From: an uncultured Gammaproteobacteria bacterium
GTDB taxonomy: Bacteria; Pseudomonadota; Gammaproteobacteria; SZUA-140
Reading direction: 5' to 3'
Length of the DNA: 64,000 bases
NCBI GenBank assembly: GCA_947258425.1
Contig: CAMYIG010000001.1
Location: 866 to 64,865, forward strand
The position numbers and the translations under genes were made by a program. Positions 1 to 10,886 of this stretch are shown one piece after another (within the stretch, counting starts at the first letter, position 1; every line of letters starts with the position of its first letter). The notes below the pieces were generated by a model. That model made no database searches. It was given only the letters and a program-made list of their open reading frames with translations, and was not told the origin of the DNA.

Positions 1-1283
1 CATAACGCCGCAGGCGCAGTGGATAATGCATCTCAAGGCTTTCGATCGGGGTGTTACGGGTATTGGTCATATGTGTCTGCGCCGCGCTAAGACCATCCAC
101 CTCAGCACCTGCCCCCATACCGCCACCGATGGTTTCGTAGTAATCCCACGCCTGTACAGTGCCATTTCGCGTCACTACCCCGCCCATCGCGACATTATTC
201 ATACTGCCGTGGCTCGCGGCCGGTACCTTATGCGGGATCGCCTGCGCCAATGCGCCCATCACGACATCAACAATGCGCGTGCTGGTTTCAACATTGCCAG
301 CCGCCACGGCCGCTGGACGGCGTGCATTTATGAGTGTCCCAGCGGGAATCGACAGGGTGACCGGGCGAAAGCTTCCCGCACACGCGGGCGTCTGCGCTGG
401 CATCAGGCAGCGGAAGACATAAAACGCAGCGGCGGCAGCCACCGACAGTGGACAGTTAATATTCCCCATGACCTGTGGCGCAGTGCCCGCGAAATCGAGG
501 TGCATCCGCCCTTGTTTCGCATGCAGCGCGACCTCAATGCGGATATCTTGCTGCCCCATGCCGTCATCGTCCATCACGTCATCAAAATGGTAACGGCCAT
601 CTGGAATCTCGCGAAGACTGCTTAATGCCAACCGTTCGGCGTAATCGTTGAGCGCAACCAACGCCTCACGAAACGATGCAATCCCCATCAGCTCGATCAG
701 CGCTTCAAGTCGCGCCACACCACAGCGGTTGGCGCTCAGCTGTGCCGAGTAGTCACCGTGAGACTGAAAGCTGTTACGGCTCTGCCCGGTAATCTCGGAT
801 AACACTGCCGCATCGAGCACGCCGCCGCGCACGATGAAAGTCGGCGGGATAATCACCCCTTCTTCTACAAGCGTTTGCGAGATCGGCATCGACCCCGGCG
901 TGGTCGCACCAATGTCTGCGTGGTGCGCGCGATTTGCCACAAAGCCCACCAGCACATCGCCGATAAAAAGCGGCGCGATTAGCGTGACATCGGGCAGATG
1001 TGTGCCACCAAGGTAGGGATCGTTCACCACCACCATATCACCCGCCTGCCATTCAAGCGCCGTGACAATCCCGGACATGGCAAAGGCCATACTGCCAAGG
1101 TGCACCGGAATATGCGCCGCCTGCGCGCACAGCTCGCCCGCAGGATCAAACACTGCACAGGAGAAATCGAGCCGATCTTTGATGTTGGGCGAGAGCGCCG
1201 TAGATTGCAGTACCGCCCCCATTTCCTCACAAATGGCATTAATACGGCTGGCAAAGATACTCAGTGAGATAGAATCCATCATG
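1..1283 (-). CDS. Hydantoinase B / 5-oxoprolinase family protein (HyuB-like). N-terminal ~427 aa only; the gene continues past the window start.
   Basis: Reverse-strand translation from ATG at 1283..1281 reads MMDSISLSIFASRINAICEEMG ... WQAGDMVVVNDPYLGGTHLPDVTLIAPLFIGD. NDPY.GGTHLPD is the hallmark motif of the hydantoinase B/oxoprolinase family. No stop occurs before position 1. The plus-strand ORFs listed here (26..625 etc.) are antisense artefacts. Confidence 0.7.
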
Positions 1284-1388
1284 CCGCTTATCTTAACAGA
1301 GCAGACAGGCACTGCGAATCACATTGATTTATGCACGATTTAGCGTTAGTTTATGCGCCATCCAGTGATTACAATAAAGGAAACTGAC

Positions 1389-1970
1389 ATGGAACATAAA
1401 CTCCCCGAGCTACCTTATGCAATGAATGCCCTAGAACCTCACATCTCTGCGGAGACACTTGAGTTTCACTACGGCAAACATCATCAGACTTACGTCACCA
1501 ATTTGAATAACCTGATTAAAGGTACTGAATTTGAATCGATGACACTGGAAGAGATCATTCAAAAATCAAGTGGCGGCATGTTTAACAATGCGGCACAGAT
1601 CTGGAATCATTCATTCTACTGGAACTGCCTGAGCCCTAACGGCGGCGGCGAACCTACCGGCGCACTGCTGGATGCGATCAACAGCAGCTTCGGTTCATTC
1701 GACGAATTCAAAACCAAGTTCAGCCAGACCTCCATCACCACCTTCGGTTCTGGTTGGGGTTGGCTGGTCAAAAATAGTGATGGCTCACTGGCACTGGCGA
1801 GTACCAGCAATGCTGGCACCCCAATGACCTCAGATCAAACTGCACTGCTCACCTGCGATGTGTGGGAACACGCCTACTATGTTGATTACCGCAATGCACG
1901 CCCCAAGTATGTCGAGGCGTTCTGGAACCTGGTTAACTGGGAATTTGTAGCGAAGAATTTCGCGGCATAA
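1389..1970 (+). CDS. sodB: Fe superoxide dismutase
   Basis: [45 protein letters not shown] ... [37 protein letters not shown] is near-colinear with E. coli SodB. An AAGGAA RBS sits 6 nt upstream of ATG 1389. The ORF-track start at 1353 is probably too early. Confidence 0.95.
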   Translation: MEHKLPELPYAMNALEPHISAETLEFHYGKHHQTYVTNLNNLIKGTEFESMTLEEIIQKSSGGMFNNAAQIWNHSFYWNCLSPNGGGEPTGALLDAINSSFGSFDEFKTKFSQTSITTFGSGWGWLVKNSDGSLALASTSNAGTPMTSDQTALLTCDVWEHAYYVDYRNARPKYVEAFWNLVNWEFVAKNFAA

Positions 1971-1983
1971 GCAACACTAAAAA

Positions 1984-2010
1984 ACAGGGGAGGCAGTACG
2001 CCTTCCCTGT
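1984..2010 (+). terminator. Weak hairpin after sodB
   Basis: caggggaggc-agtac-gccttccctg is a 10-bp stem with one G-T wobble, but no clear U-tract follows, so it is at best a weak or partial terminator. Confidence 0.25.
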
Positions 2011-2037
2011 CCTCAATGCTCATTCGTTTACATCGTT

Positions 2038-2583
2038 ATGAATCAAGCCCTACACCTCAGACAAATCGCAGCAGTCACGCCACTTGATGACACCGAGGCA
2101 TCCCACCAACAGGCCATGCTTTCGTTTGTGGAGCGTCATCATGATTTCTACAAAAGAACGCTGACGACAGGCCATGTTACTGGCTCTGCATGGATCATCA
2201 ATCCAGCATGTAGCCATGCGCTGATGCTTCACCACAAGAAACTTGATCGATGGTTACAGCCCGGCGGCCATATTGAAGAGGAGCTTGATATACTCAATAG
2301 CGCCCTGCGTGAGGCGCAGGAAGAGACTGGCATCTCAGATCTTAAGATCGTCAGTGATGCCATTTTTGATCTTGATATTCACGTCATTCCAGCCAATAAG
2401 AAAGAAGCAGAACATCAACATTATGACATTCGTTATCTGTTTGAAGCGGAACTCGATGCAACACCTGCGGTATCCGATGAATCAAACGACGTCAGGTGGT
2501 TTACCCTTGATGAGATCTCAAAAATCAATAGTGACGCATCCATTCAACGGATGATTTTAAAGACGATTACCCTTAAAATATAG
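2038..2583 (+). CDS. Nudix hydrolase
   Basis: Nudix box GGHIEEELDILNSALREAQEETGI (GX5EX7REUXEEXGU). 181 aa. Confidence 0.8.
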   Translation: MNQALHLRQIAAVTPLDDTEASHQQAMLSFVERHHDFYKRTLTTGHVTGSAWIINPACSHALMLHHKKLDRWLQPGGHIEEELDILNSALREAQEETGISDLKIVSDAIFDLDIHVIPANKKEAEHQHYDIRYLFEAELDATPAVSDESNDVRWFTLDEISKINSDASIQRMILKTITLKI

Positions 2584-2649
2584 CGTTCAGACCATCAATA
2601 TACTGCTAATTAAGCACTAGAGTCTTGCGTATATCCCTGCCACTCGTAA

Positions 2650-3849
2650 TTAAAAATCGGGTTCGTTTTCTTTCACCAGCTCACGTTGCAATTCGTTTTC
2701 AGCATCTGCATCATCCAGACATTTTGAGATAACACTCAAGCCATCATCCTGCTCTTGCAGATTTTGCAATCCTCCCTCAAGAATGCGGGCATTGAGCCCT
2801 TGCTGTGCCATTAAAAACGCCGCTATCGTGCTGCGCTTGCCAATATCACAACAGACTACATACTCTTTACTCTTATCAAGAATGGATGCCGCCTTCCACA
2901 ACGTCGCCAGCGGCAAGTTGATACTGCCTCGCAGGCTCATTTTTTCAAATGCCGAATGGATTCGAACATCCAGTAACACCGCGCCCTCATCCTGCATCAT
3001 CAACATCTGCTCATATGACACCCGTTTGATGTAAGGGGTTACCAGCAGTGTCATAAACTCACTCTTGGGAATACGCACCAGTGCGCCATCTTCCAGCATT
3101 GTCACGGTGCTACTGTGCGGGGTATCGCCAATCAACGCACTCTCGCCAAATCCGCGCCCAATACCCAGTTCCGCCAGGCGGCTCTTTTTATCGGTTCCCT
3201 TAATAGAGCGGGTCACCACGCAGCTACCCTTTGTAATCACATAATAAAAATCACCCTCATCGCCTTCTTTCACCACGGCTTCACCCGCTTTTACGCAGAT
3301 CTCTTCTAAACGACGGGTCAACACCTGCACATGCGGACTTGGCAGGCGGAAAAAAAGTGGGGAATTTAACACCCACTCAATGCGTGCCGATCTTGAACGA
3401 TTATCTTTACTGCTCTCCATCCGATCTGTTTTATTAACAGCGACCATCGGTGTCGTTTTATTCAGCTTATAGAGCAGCTCAGTCGCCACGGAAAGCAGTG
3501 TCACACTACTCCTGGCCAATGCCGTCACCTCTCGGGGCTTGCTATCTGCGACTGCCTCCAACGCCTCATTACTGCCCGCCTTGATAGTAATCGCGGGATG
3601 CCCTTCCGCAATCAATGCAATTTGACCGGAGAGTAAAAAGACACTCTTACCATCCATATCCCCTTGATTGAAAATACGTCGCCCCGGTGGCAAGCGCTCA
3701 ACCGTGGCTTCATTCGCGATCGATTCCAGCATTTCAGCCGTAAAAGCAGTAAAAGGCTCAAATACGCTGAGATCAACGGTTTCAGGGATTTGATTTTTAT
3801 CTGGAGTTTTCAGGGGCTGCACAACTGCCTCACCGCTCATATTGACCAT
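2650..3849 (-). CDS. Two cyclic-nucleotide-binding (CAP-family) domains fused to a C-terminal rhodanese domain
   Basis: Two cNMP-binding-like segments (FNQGDMDGKSVFLLSGQIALI.. and VVKEGDEGDFYYVITKGSCVV..). A C-terminal rhodanese-type active-site loop YVVCCDIGKRSTIAAFLMAQQG carries the Cys. Confidence 0.65.
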   Translation of the reverse strand: MVNMSGEAVVQPLKTPDKNQIPETVDLSVFEPFTAFTAEMLESIANEATVERLPPGRRIFNQGDMDGKSVFLLSGQIALIAEGHPAITIKAGSNEALEAVADSKPREVTALARSSVTLLSVATELLYKLNKTTPMVAVNKTDRMESSKDNRSRSARIEWVLNSPLFFRLPSPHVQVLTRRLEEICVKAGEAVVKEGDEGDFYYVITKGSCVVTRSIKGTDKKSRLAELGIGRGFGESALIGDTPHSSTVTMLEDGALVRIPKSEFMTLLVTPYIKRVSYEQMLMMQDEGAVLLDVRIHSAFEKMSLRGSINLPLATLWKAASILDKSKEYVVCCDIGKRSTIAAFLMAQQGLNARILEGGLQNLQEQDDGLSVISKCLDDADAENELQRELVKENEPDF

Positions 3850-4226
3850 CCTTCATTAAGAAGTTTTTTATATCGAATTGATACCTAAAAAACACCCGAT
3901 TACGGAATAATTAATAAATATCATTAAGTTAAACTTGTTATTTCGCTATTATTGAGGCAATAAACTGTTCTCTGATGAGAAAACGGTGCGCATGTCACCC
4001 ATGATCTCAACCTGACCCGTAAATGATATATCGGCTATTTACCTATAAAAATGAAATATTTGATTCAGCCGCAACTACCCCACCATCGAAAAAACAGGGG
4101 TATTTATCGTAGGTACATACTTTCCGAAACAGTAAAATCCGCTATACTTTCTCGTTTGCTACGAAAGTGGCGGCCGGCATAATCACTGGCTGCCTTTTTG
4201 CTTTATGGAATATGAAGAATTTAACC

Positions 4227-5414
4227 ATGCCTGATTCAATTATGCCGACCTACGCACGTCTGCCAGTCACCTTTAAAAAAGGTGAAGGCGCCTGGCTGTG
4301 GGATACCCATGACCAGCGTTACCTCGATGCACTGAGCGGCATCGGCGTCTGTGGGCTGGGGCACGCCCACCCGGCCGTTGCCGCGACACTCGCTCAACAG
4401 GGCAGCACACTGATCCACACCAGCAACCTTTACCACATCCCACAGCAACAGCAGCTGGCCGATCAACTGATGCGCCTTTCTGGCATGGAGCAGGCCTTCT
4501 TTACCAATTCTGGTGCCGAGTCCTGCGAGGCTGCGATCAAGATTGCCCGGCTTTATGGGCACAATAAGGACATCACCACCCCCACCGTGGTGGTCACCGA
4601 AGGGAGCTTTCACGGGCGCACCCTCGCCACCCTCTCGGCCAGCGGTAGCCGTAAGGTGCAGGCCGGCTTTGAGCCACTAGTTCAGGGCTTTGTGCGCGCT
4701 AAATTTAACGACATCGATGAGCTCCGCGAGATCGCTAAAAACAGCGGTGATACTGTGGCGATTCTAGTCGAACCCATTCAGGGCGAAGGCGGCATCAATG
4801 TGCCCGATGACCACTACCTCACGGCAGTACGTGAACTCTGCGATGAGTATGGCTGGTTGATGATGCTAGATGAGGTTCAGACCGGCATCTGTCGCACCGG
4901 CAAATGGTTTGCATGGCAACACAGTGATATTCGGCCAGATGTCGTCACGCTTGCCAAAGGGCTCGGCAACGGCTTCCCGATTGGCGCATGCCTGGTTTCA
5001 GGCCCGGCGACCAATGTATTGCAGGCGGGTAACCACGGCTCTACCTTTGGGGGGAATCCGCTGGCCTGTAGCGTCGCGCTGACCGTGCTTCAGACAATGG
5101 AAAAAGAACAGCTTGCTGCACGTGCCGAGCAACTCGGCGAGCGCCTCCGCACAAACCTGACACAGGCGTTTGCCGAGGAAACGGGCGTAGCCGCCATTCG
5201 AGGTAAAGGGCTCATGATCGGCGTTGAACTTGATCGCCCATGTGGTGTGCTGCTCAAGGATGCCCTTGAAGCAGGTCTGCTGATCAGCATTCAGGCCGAC
5301 AACGTGATTCGTCTTCTACCACCCCTGATCATCAGCGATGAAGAGGCGGATGAGATCGTGGCGCGTCTGAAGACAATCGTGACAACATTCCTCAAAAAAG
5401 AAGCCCCATTATGA
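4227..5414 (+). CDS. argD: Acetylornithine/succinylornithine aminotransferase
   Basis: [21 protein letters not shown] ... class-III PLP aminotransferase, colinear with E. coli ArgD (LPIYAPAEFIPVKGQG ...). The start is ambiguous: in-frame ATGs at 4212, 4227 and 4242, or GTG at 4167. Confidence 0.85.
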   Translation: MPDSIMPTYARLPVTFKKGEGAWLWDTHDQRYLDALSGIGVCGLGHAHPAVAATLAQQGSTLIHTSNLYHIPQQQQLADQLMRLSGMEQAFFTNSGAESCEAAIKIARLYGHNKDITTPTVVVTEGSFHGRTLATLSASGSRKVQAGFEPLVQGFVRAKFNDIDELREIAKNSGDTVAILVEPIQGEGGINVPDDHYLTAVRELCDEYGWLMMLDEVQTGICRTGKWFAWQHSDIRPDVVTLAKGLGNGFPIGACLVSGPATNVLQAGNHGSTFGGNPLACSVALTVLQTMEKEQLAARAEQLGERLRTNLTQAFAEETGVAAIRGKGLMIGVELDRPCGVLLKDALEAGLLISIQADNVIRLLPPLIISDEEADEIVARLKTIVTTFLKKEAPL

Positions 5415-6319
5415 TTCGCCATTTCCTCACCCTGAATGACCTGACGCCGGCCGAACTGGAGACGTTAATACAGCGCGCCATCGAATTAAAACGGATGCGG
5501 GCTAATGGCGAAAGCTATGAGCCATTCCGCGGCAAAGTGCTCGGCATGCTGTTTGAAAAGTCGTCCACCCGTACCCGCGTCTCGTTCGAAGCGGGCATGG
5601 CTCACTTCGGCGGCAGTGCGATCTTCCTCTCGCCACGTGATACGCAGTTTGGCCGCGGCGAGCCGGTTGAAGATACCGCCCGCGTGCTATCGCGCATGGT
5701 CGATCTTATTATGATTCGCACCTATGCCCACGAGACCCTGGTTACCTTCGCCGCCCATTCTCAGGTCCCGGTGATCAACGCCCTGTCTGATATGTATCAC
5801 CCCTGCCAGCTCCTCGCGGATATGCAGACCTGGTACGAACAGCGCGGCAGTATTCGCGGCAAACAGGTGGCATGGATCGGCGACGGCAACAATATGTGCC
5901 ACTCTTATATTAATGCCGCGCGTCAATTTGGCTTTCAGTTACGTATCGCATCGCCGCCGGGCTACACCCCCGATGCCACACTGCTTGCGTCACATCAGGA
6001 CTGCGTCACACTCACTCATGACCCGCTCGAAGCGGCCAGCGGAGCGGATCTCATCGTTACCGACGTATGGGCCAGCATGGGCCAGGAAGAAGAAAGCAGC
6101 AAACGCATCCTCGACTTCAAGGCGTACCAGGTCAACAGCCACCTCATGGCTGCCGCTGACAAGGACGCCCTATTTATGCACTGTCTGCCGGCACATCGCG
6201 GCGAAGAGGTCAGCGCGGAGGTCATTGACGGACGCCAGAGCGTGGTATGGGATGAGGCGGAAAATCGCCTGCATGCGCAGAAGGCGCTGATCGAGTTTCT
6301 ACTTAAATTAAGTGCTTAA
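5411..6319 (+). CDS. argF: Ornithine carbamoyltransferase
   Basis: STRTRVSFE carbamoyl-phosphate-binding motif, [10 protein letters not shown] ornithine-binding motif, 302 aa. The ATGA overlap with the argD stop indicates translational coupling. Confidence 0.9.
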   Translation: MIRHFLTLNDLTPAELETLIQRAIELKRMRANGESYEPFRGKVLGMLFEKSSTRTRVSFEAGMAHFGGSAIFLSPRDTQFGRGEPVEDTARVLSRMVDLIMIRTYAHETLVTFAAHSQVPVINALSDMYHPCQLLADMQTWYEQRGSIRGKQVAWIGDGNNMCHSYINAARQFGFQLRIASPPGYTPDATLLASHQDCVTLTHDPLEAASGADLIVTDVWASMGQEEESSKRILDFKAYQVNSHLMAAADKDALFMHCLPAHRGEEVSAEVIDGRQSVVWDEAENRLHAQKALIEFLLKLSA

Positions 6320-7373
6320 ACATCAGATGAGCGCCCTACTCGACATTAAAAACATTGAGTGCCACTACCAGGGCCAGGCGATCATTCGTGAGCTCTCATT
6401 TCATGTTAATCAAGGAGATATCTCCTGCCTGCTCGGCCCCAGTGGTTGCGGAAAAACAACCGCACTACGGGCGATCGCCGGCCTTGAACCTATCCATCAC
6501 GGCAGTATCACACTGCGCGATAGGCAGGTCTCCACTCCCAGCAATATGCTCGCGCCAGAGAAACGCAAACTGGGGATGGTATTTCAGGATTACGCCCTGT
6601 TTCCACATCTCAATGTGTACAACAACATCACCTTTGGCCTGCGCGATATGAATAAAGCTGAGAAGCAGCAACGCGCCGATGAACTCCTGGCACTGGTCAA
6701 TCTTGAGGGTTTCGGCAGACGCTACCCACACGAGCTCTCAGGAGGACAACAGCAACGTATTGCGCTGGCACGAGCCATCGCATCAAAACCCGACCTGTTA
6801 CTGCTCGACGAGCCGTTCTCCAATCTCGATATCGATCTACGAGAAAAACTGGGGCTTGAGATCCGTAATATTCTAAAAAGTCAGGGCATTACCGCTTTGT
6901 TGGTCACTCACGATCAACACGAGGCCTTTGCGCTAGGTGACATGGTTGGCGTCATGAATGAAGGGCATATCCTCCAGTGGGATACCCCGTTCAATCTCTA
7001 CCACGAACCCACCAGTCGCTTCGTCGCCAATTTTATCGGGCAGGGCATTTTCATCAAGGGGACGCTGCTCGCACCCAATTTGGTCAAAACTGATATCGGT
7101 GAAATTCAGGGCGACCGTGCCTACCCATGGCCCCTCCATTCAGATGTCGAGGTGCTGATTCGACCCGACGATATCCTCCCCGAGAGCGATAGTGGCCTAC
7201 GCGCTGAAGTTGTCGATAAGGCCTTCAAAGGGGCCGAAATTATGTACACATTGAAGCTACCCAACGGCAGCCGGGTGCTTTCACTATTTCCAAGTCACCA
7301 CCACCACGCGGTGGGTGAACAAGTTGGGATTCGCATCGCTGCAGACCACCTGGTCGCATTTCCAGCATCGTAA
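6312..7373 (+). CDS. ABC transporter ATP-binding protein (PotA/FbpC/CysA-like importer ATPase with a C-terminal TOBE-like domain)
   Basis: Walker [13 protein letters not shown] signature [14 protein letters not shown], Walker B LLLLDEP, H-loop VTHDQ. It overlaps the argF stop. No permease or substrate-binding-protein gene is adjacent. Confidence 0.8.
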   Translation: MLKHQMSALLDIKNIECHYQGQAIIRELSFHVNQGDISCLLGPSGCGKTTALRAIAGLEPIHHGSITLRDRQVSTPSNMLAPEKRKLGMVFQDYALFPHLNVYNNITFGLRDMNKAEKQQRADELLALVNLEGFGRRYPHELSGGQQQRIALARAIASKPDLLLLDEPFSNLDIDLREKLGLEIRNILKSQGITALLVTHDQHEAFALGDMVGVMNEGHILQWDTPFNLYHEPTSRFVANFIGQGIFIKGTLLAPNLVKTDIGEIQGDRAYPWPLHSDVEVLIRPDDILPESDSGLRAEVVDKAFKGAEIMYTLKLPNGSRVLSLFPSHHHHAVGEQVGIRIAADHLVAFPAS

Positions 7374-7447
7374 ACAGGCAAGCCTGACACCGCAGGAAAA
7401 CTGCCCCCTGGCGGCTACGTAACACCCAACCTTTCAAACAAAAAAAA

Positions 7448-7475
7448 CGGTAGGCTGCAGCAGCCTACCGTTTTT
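7448..7475. terminator. Bidirectional rho-independent terminator
   Basis: Perfect 10-bp stem cggtaggctg/cagcctaccg with a 3-nt loop. It is flanked by an A7 run upstream and a T5 run downstream. It sits between the convergent ABC-ATPase gene and the cytochrome c4 gene. Confidence 0.75.
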
Positions 7476-7527
7476 CTTTGCTTCCACTGCTCACCTGACC
7501 GAAATCAGGCACTACCACCTAAATAAA

Positions 7528-8178
7528 TTAAGGTAATTGAGCCGAAAGGTAATTAGCAGCGGCGTTCACCTCTCTATCCGAGAGCTTTTTCGCAATATCA
7601 CCCATCATTCCAGCGGGATCATTTGCGCGTGCACCGCTCTTAAAATCCTTCAGCTGCTTGATGATGTAGTCACGATGCTGGCCACCAATTCTTGGAAATA
7701 CCGCGATGTTTGGCGCTTTCCCTTTACCACGATCGCCATGGCAATTCACACAACCATATACACCGGTCTTTGGGTTTCCTTCATAAAACAATTTCTTACC
7801 TTCAGCGGCTAGCTTCTTATCCACAGGTACGAGCGGTTTTTTCGCCATTTTCTGTGCAGCAAAATAAGAACCAATATCCTTGGCATCCTGTAAAGAGGCT
7901 ACCATGGCCGCCATACCCGCCATGGTGTCATTATTGGCGCGATGGCCTTTCTGAAAGTCTCTGATTTGCTTAACGATATACATTTCATACTGCCCAGCAA
8001 GACGAGGAAATGTAGCGTCAGGACTGTTGCCATCACCACCGTGGCAACCGCCACATAATCCAGCCTGCATTTCACCGGCGACTGGGTCACCTACCTTAGC
8101 AGCATGCGCCCCACTAACTAGCACCAGTGACGCCAGCCCCCCCAAAAGTGCTATCAATATGCGTGATTTCTTGATCAT
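7528..8178 (-). CDS. Dihaem cytochrome c4
   Basis: Signal peptide plus two CxxCH haem-binding motifs (CGGCHG, CVNCHG), each in a ~100-aa cytochrome-c domain. 216 aa. Confidence 0.85.
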   Translation of the reverse strand: MIKKSRILIALLGGLASLVLVSGAHAAKVGDPVAGEMQAGLCGGCHGGDGNSPDATFPRLAGQYEMYIVKQIRDFQKGHRANNDTMAGMAAMVASLQDAKDIGSYFAAQKMAKKPLVPVDKKLAAEGKKLFYEGNPKTGVYGCVNCHGDRGKGKAPNIAVFPRIGGQHRDYIIKQLKDFKSGARANDPAGMMGDIAKKLSDREVNAAANYLSAQLP

Positions 8179-8333
8179 AAAATGGACCCTTTTATTTTTA
8201 TATTGTGCTCCCCAAACACCATATCACGCACACGAACTCGTTTACACTATCAATCTCTCTGCCTTACGTCAATCCGAAGCTGATCGAAATTACCACAATT
8301 AACGCAATTCCACACCAGGCGATCACCCCATGC

Positions 8334-9332
8334 TCATTTTGATTGCCATAATCCAGTCAATTTGGATTGATGCGACTTCAATCCCCCCTCAAGCACTTCG
8401 ACCTTTTCTTCTAATGTGCACAGTCTTTGCTCCACATCAATCATCTTCTGGTTCACCTTATTATCTGCGCGATTATCCGCCCGACCATCCACATGGCTAG
8501 CCGAGTTCTCTGGCGCATAAGTAACCTCCCCCCGCAACTCAGCGGTCACCGCTTTAACGACTTCACTATCTATTTTATGTAGCTCCTCGAGATACCCAAA
8601 GAGCATCAGTCGATCACATAATGTATTGATTTTTCTTGGTGTACCCAAGGTATAGGCAAAAATTTCATCGTAGGCTGACGCATCAAACTCGGGGTCATTT
8701 TTCCATCCCGCAGCCTCCAGTCGATGAGTGATATACCCTTGAACCTCATCGCGCTCAAGCGCCTTCAGATAATAGGAAGCAATCACACGTTGGCGCAGCT
8801 GCTCCAGCCCTTCAGCCTGCAAGGTCTTAACAAACTCCCGCTGCCCGAGGAGAAAGATCTGCAAAAGCGCAGCGCCACCGGCCTGAAAGTTAGACAGCAT
8901 ACGTAGCTCTTCCAGAGATTTAAGCGGGATATTCTGCACCTCATCAATCACTAGCAAAACCCGTTTACCGAGGCGCGCCTGTTCCACAAAAAAGGTTTCA
9001 AGCGCCTTTAACAGTGATGCCTTGTCGAGCCCTTCATGGGATAGATCAAAAGCAGAGGCGACCATCCGTAACATGTCATCGGCCTCTAACTGCGTCGTCA
9101 CAATTTTGGCGGCAACGAGATTATCCTCGGTCAGATGATCGAACATATTCTGTACCAGCGTCGTCTTGCCGGTGCCAATATCCCCCATGATGACAATAAA
9201 ACCTTCACCCTGCGTAATCCCGTAACGCAAGTAAGACATGCCACGCTTATGGCCACGGCTATTGTAAAAAAAGCGCGCATTTGGGCTCAGCTGAAACGGC
9301 TTGGCATGCAGGTTATAAAATGACTCGTACAT
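8334..9332 (-). CDS. ExeA/GspA-like AAA ATPase (the putative secretion ATPase type found in PEP-CTERM loci)
   Basis: P-loop GDIGTGKTTLVQ; ExeA-like N-terminal AAA domain; coiled-coil C-terminus with RADNRADNK repeats. It sits at the left edge of the XrtA locus. Confidence 0.6.
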   Translation of the reverse strand: MYESFYNLHAKPFQLSPNARFFYNSRGHKRGMSYLRYGITQGEGFIVIMGDIGTGKTTLVQNMFDHLTEDNLVAAKIVTTQLEADDMLRMVASAFDLSHEGLDKASLLKALETFFVEQARLGKRVLLVIDEVQNIPLKSLEELRMLSNFQAGGAALLQIFLLGQREFVKTLQAEGLEQLRQRVIASYYLKALERDEVQGYITHRLEAAGWKNDPEFDASAYDEIFAYTLGTPRKINTLCDRLMLFGYLEELHKIDSEVVKAVTAELRGEVTYAPENSASHVDGRADNRADNKVNQKMIDVEQRLCTLEEKVEVLEGGLKSHQSKLTGLWQSK

Positions 9333-9636
9333 AGTATTGTATTAATGGGTTTTAACAAATATCACTTATTCAGTAAAAAAGACAAACAAACGCACTCTGC
9401 TCAACCACATCTCATATTGTTCAAAGAGCAACATAATACAACTAACAGCGTCGTAACGCTCTCTATCATTAATCGCCAGTAGCAAACTATTTAATAGCAA
9501 TTTGGATTACTCAACCGATTTTCAATACACAAAAACCAGCAGACAATGATACCATTTTCGGGGTAATGCCTGAATATGCGCTAGAAATGAGAAGGCGTCG
9601 TCACTCAATCACCAAACGACTGGATATCATACGACC

Positions 9637-10866
9637 ATGCAACACAGACCACAGACAACACCCTCGGCAATACTGCTCATTTTAACGCTACTGGTCACCC
9701 CCGCGTTAGCGTACGCCACAGCGCCCTGTGACGAAAACCATGAAGATATCCCCGCCATTGCGCTTGAAGAAGTTGTCAGCGGCCTGTCACTGCCAGTACA
9801 TATCACCCATGCAAACGATGCAAGTGGGCGATTGTATGTGGTTGAACAGCGAGGAGTGATCAAGATCATTAGTCAGGGGCGCCAAACGCTAAGCGACCCA
9901 TTTCTGGACATCAGAAATCGCGTTGCCAGCGGCGGTGAAAAAGGGTTATTAAGCTTGGCATTCCACCCAGATTATCGTAAAAATGGCTTTTTCTTCGTCA
10001 ACTACACACAAAAAATCGCTGGCAAACTCAACACCGTCATTTCGCGTTTCAGTCGTAATACGAAAGATCGTGCAGACATCAACAGCGAAGTTATCTTGCT
10101 GCGCATTTCACAACCTTACGATAATCACAATGGTGGCCAGCTTGTATTTGGCCAGGATGGCTATCTTTACATCGGTATGGGCGATGGCGGCTCACAAAAT
10201 GACCCGCATAATAACGCACAGAATCCAGCCACACTATTGGGCAGCTTACTCAGAATTGATGTAAACACGAGCGATGATCAAACATCAGTGCCTTATACCA
10301 TCCCACAGAATAATCCATTCGTCGGCAAAAAAGGCTTCCGCGGTGAGACGTGGGGTTATGGCCTGCGCAACCCATGGCGCTTCTCTTTTGATGCGCTCAC
10401 CGGCCAATTATATCTGGCCGATGTTGGGCAAAATGATATGGAAGAGATCAACCTCATTCAACGCGGTGGAAATTATGGCTGGAATATCATGGAGGGAGAT
10501 ATCTGCACACCCGCTGTAAAAGCCCCGTGCCAGCGAGACGGCATGATCCCCCCATTACATACCTATTACCACTCAAAAGGCTACTCCATTACGGGCGGCT
10601 TTGTTTACCGAGGTAAAGAGATCCCTTCACTCTGCGGCACTTATCTTTATGCCGACTATGTCACTCAACGGATATGGGGCATGAGGCACCACGACGGAAA
10701 ACTACTGGCCGAGGCTGAAATCTATCGCCCCTCGCTTACAGACAAAATCGCCCGCAAACTGGGAAAGTACAACCTCAACATCAGTAGCTTTGGCGAGGAT
10801 GAAAACTTCGAACTCTACATCGCGGAACATACATCGGGGAAAGTTTTCAAGATTGTCGCCCAGTAG
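9637..10866 (+). CDS. PQQ-dependent soluble sugar (glucose/sorbosone) dehydrogenase family beta-propeller, secreted
   Basis: Signal peptide; GLLSLAFHPDY..NGFFFVNYT and NHNGGQLVFGQDGYLYIGMGDGG motifs typical of the GSDH/YliI family. Confidence 0.7.
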   Translation: MQHRPQTTPSAILLILTLLVTPALAYATAPCDENHEDIPAIALEEVVSGLSLPVHITHANDASGRLYVVEQRGVIKIISQGRQTLSDPFLDIRNRVASGGEKGLLSLAFHPDYRKNGFFFVNYTQKIAGKLNTVISRFSRNTKDRADINSEVILLRISQPYDNHNGGQLVFGQDGYLYIGMGDGGSQNDPHNNAQNPATLLGSLLRIDVNTSDDQTSVPYTIPQNNPFVGKKGFRGETWGYGLRNPWRFSFDALTGQLYLADVGQNDMEEINLIQRGGNYGWNIMEGDICTPAVKAPCQRDGMIPPLHTYYHSKGYSITGGFVYRGKEIPSLCGTYLYADYVTQRIWGMRHHDGKLLAEAEIYRPSLTDKIARKLGKYNLNISSFGEDENFELYIAEHTSGKVFKIVAQ

Positions 10867-10886
10867 ATACCCCATATCCGCCACCG

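Noticed and set aside
26-1343. Plus-strand ORFs 26..625, 159..422, 834..1016, 998..1267 and 1062..1343
   Set aside because: They are antisense to the minus-strand hydantoinase B/oxoprolinase reading frame, which translates into a recognisable conserved protein (NDPYLGGTHLPD). High GC generates long spurious ORFs.
4167-4226. Upstream GTG start (4167) for argD proposed by the ORF track
   Set aside because: Alignment with ArgD homologues places the conserved N-terminus at MPTYARLP. An extension of ~20 aa from a GTG with no RBS is less likely. It remains possible, so the start is flagged as uncertain.
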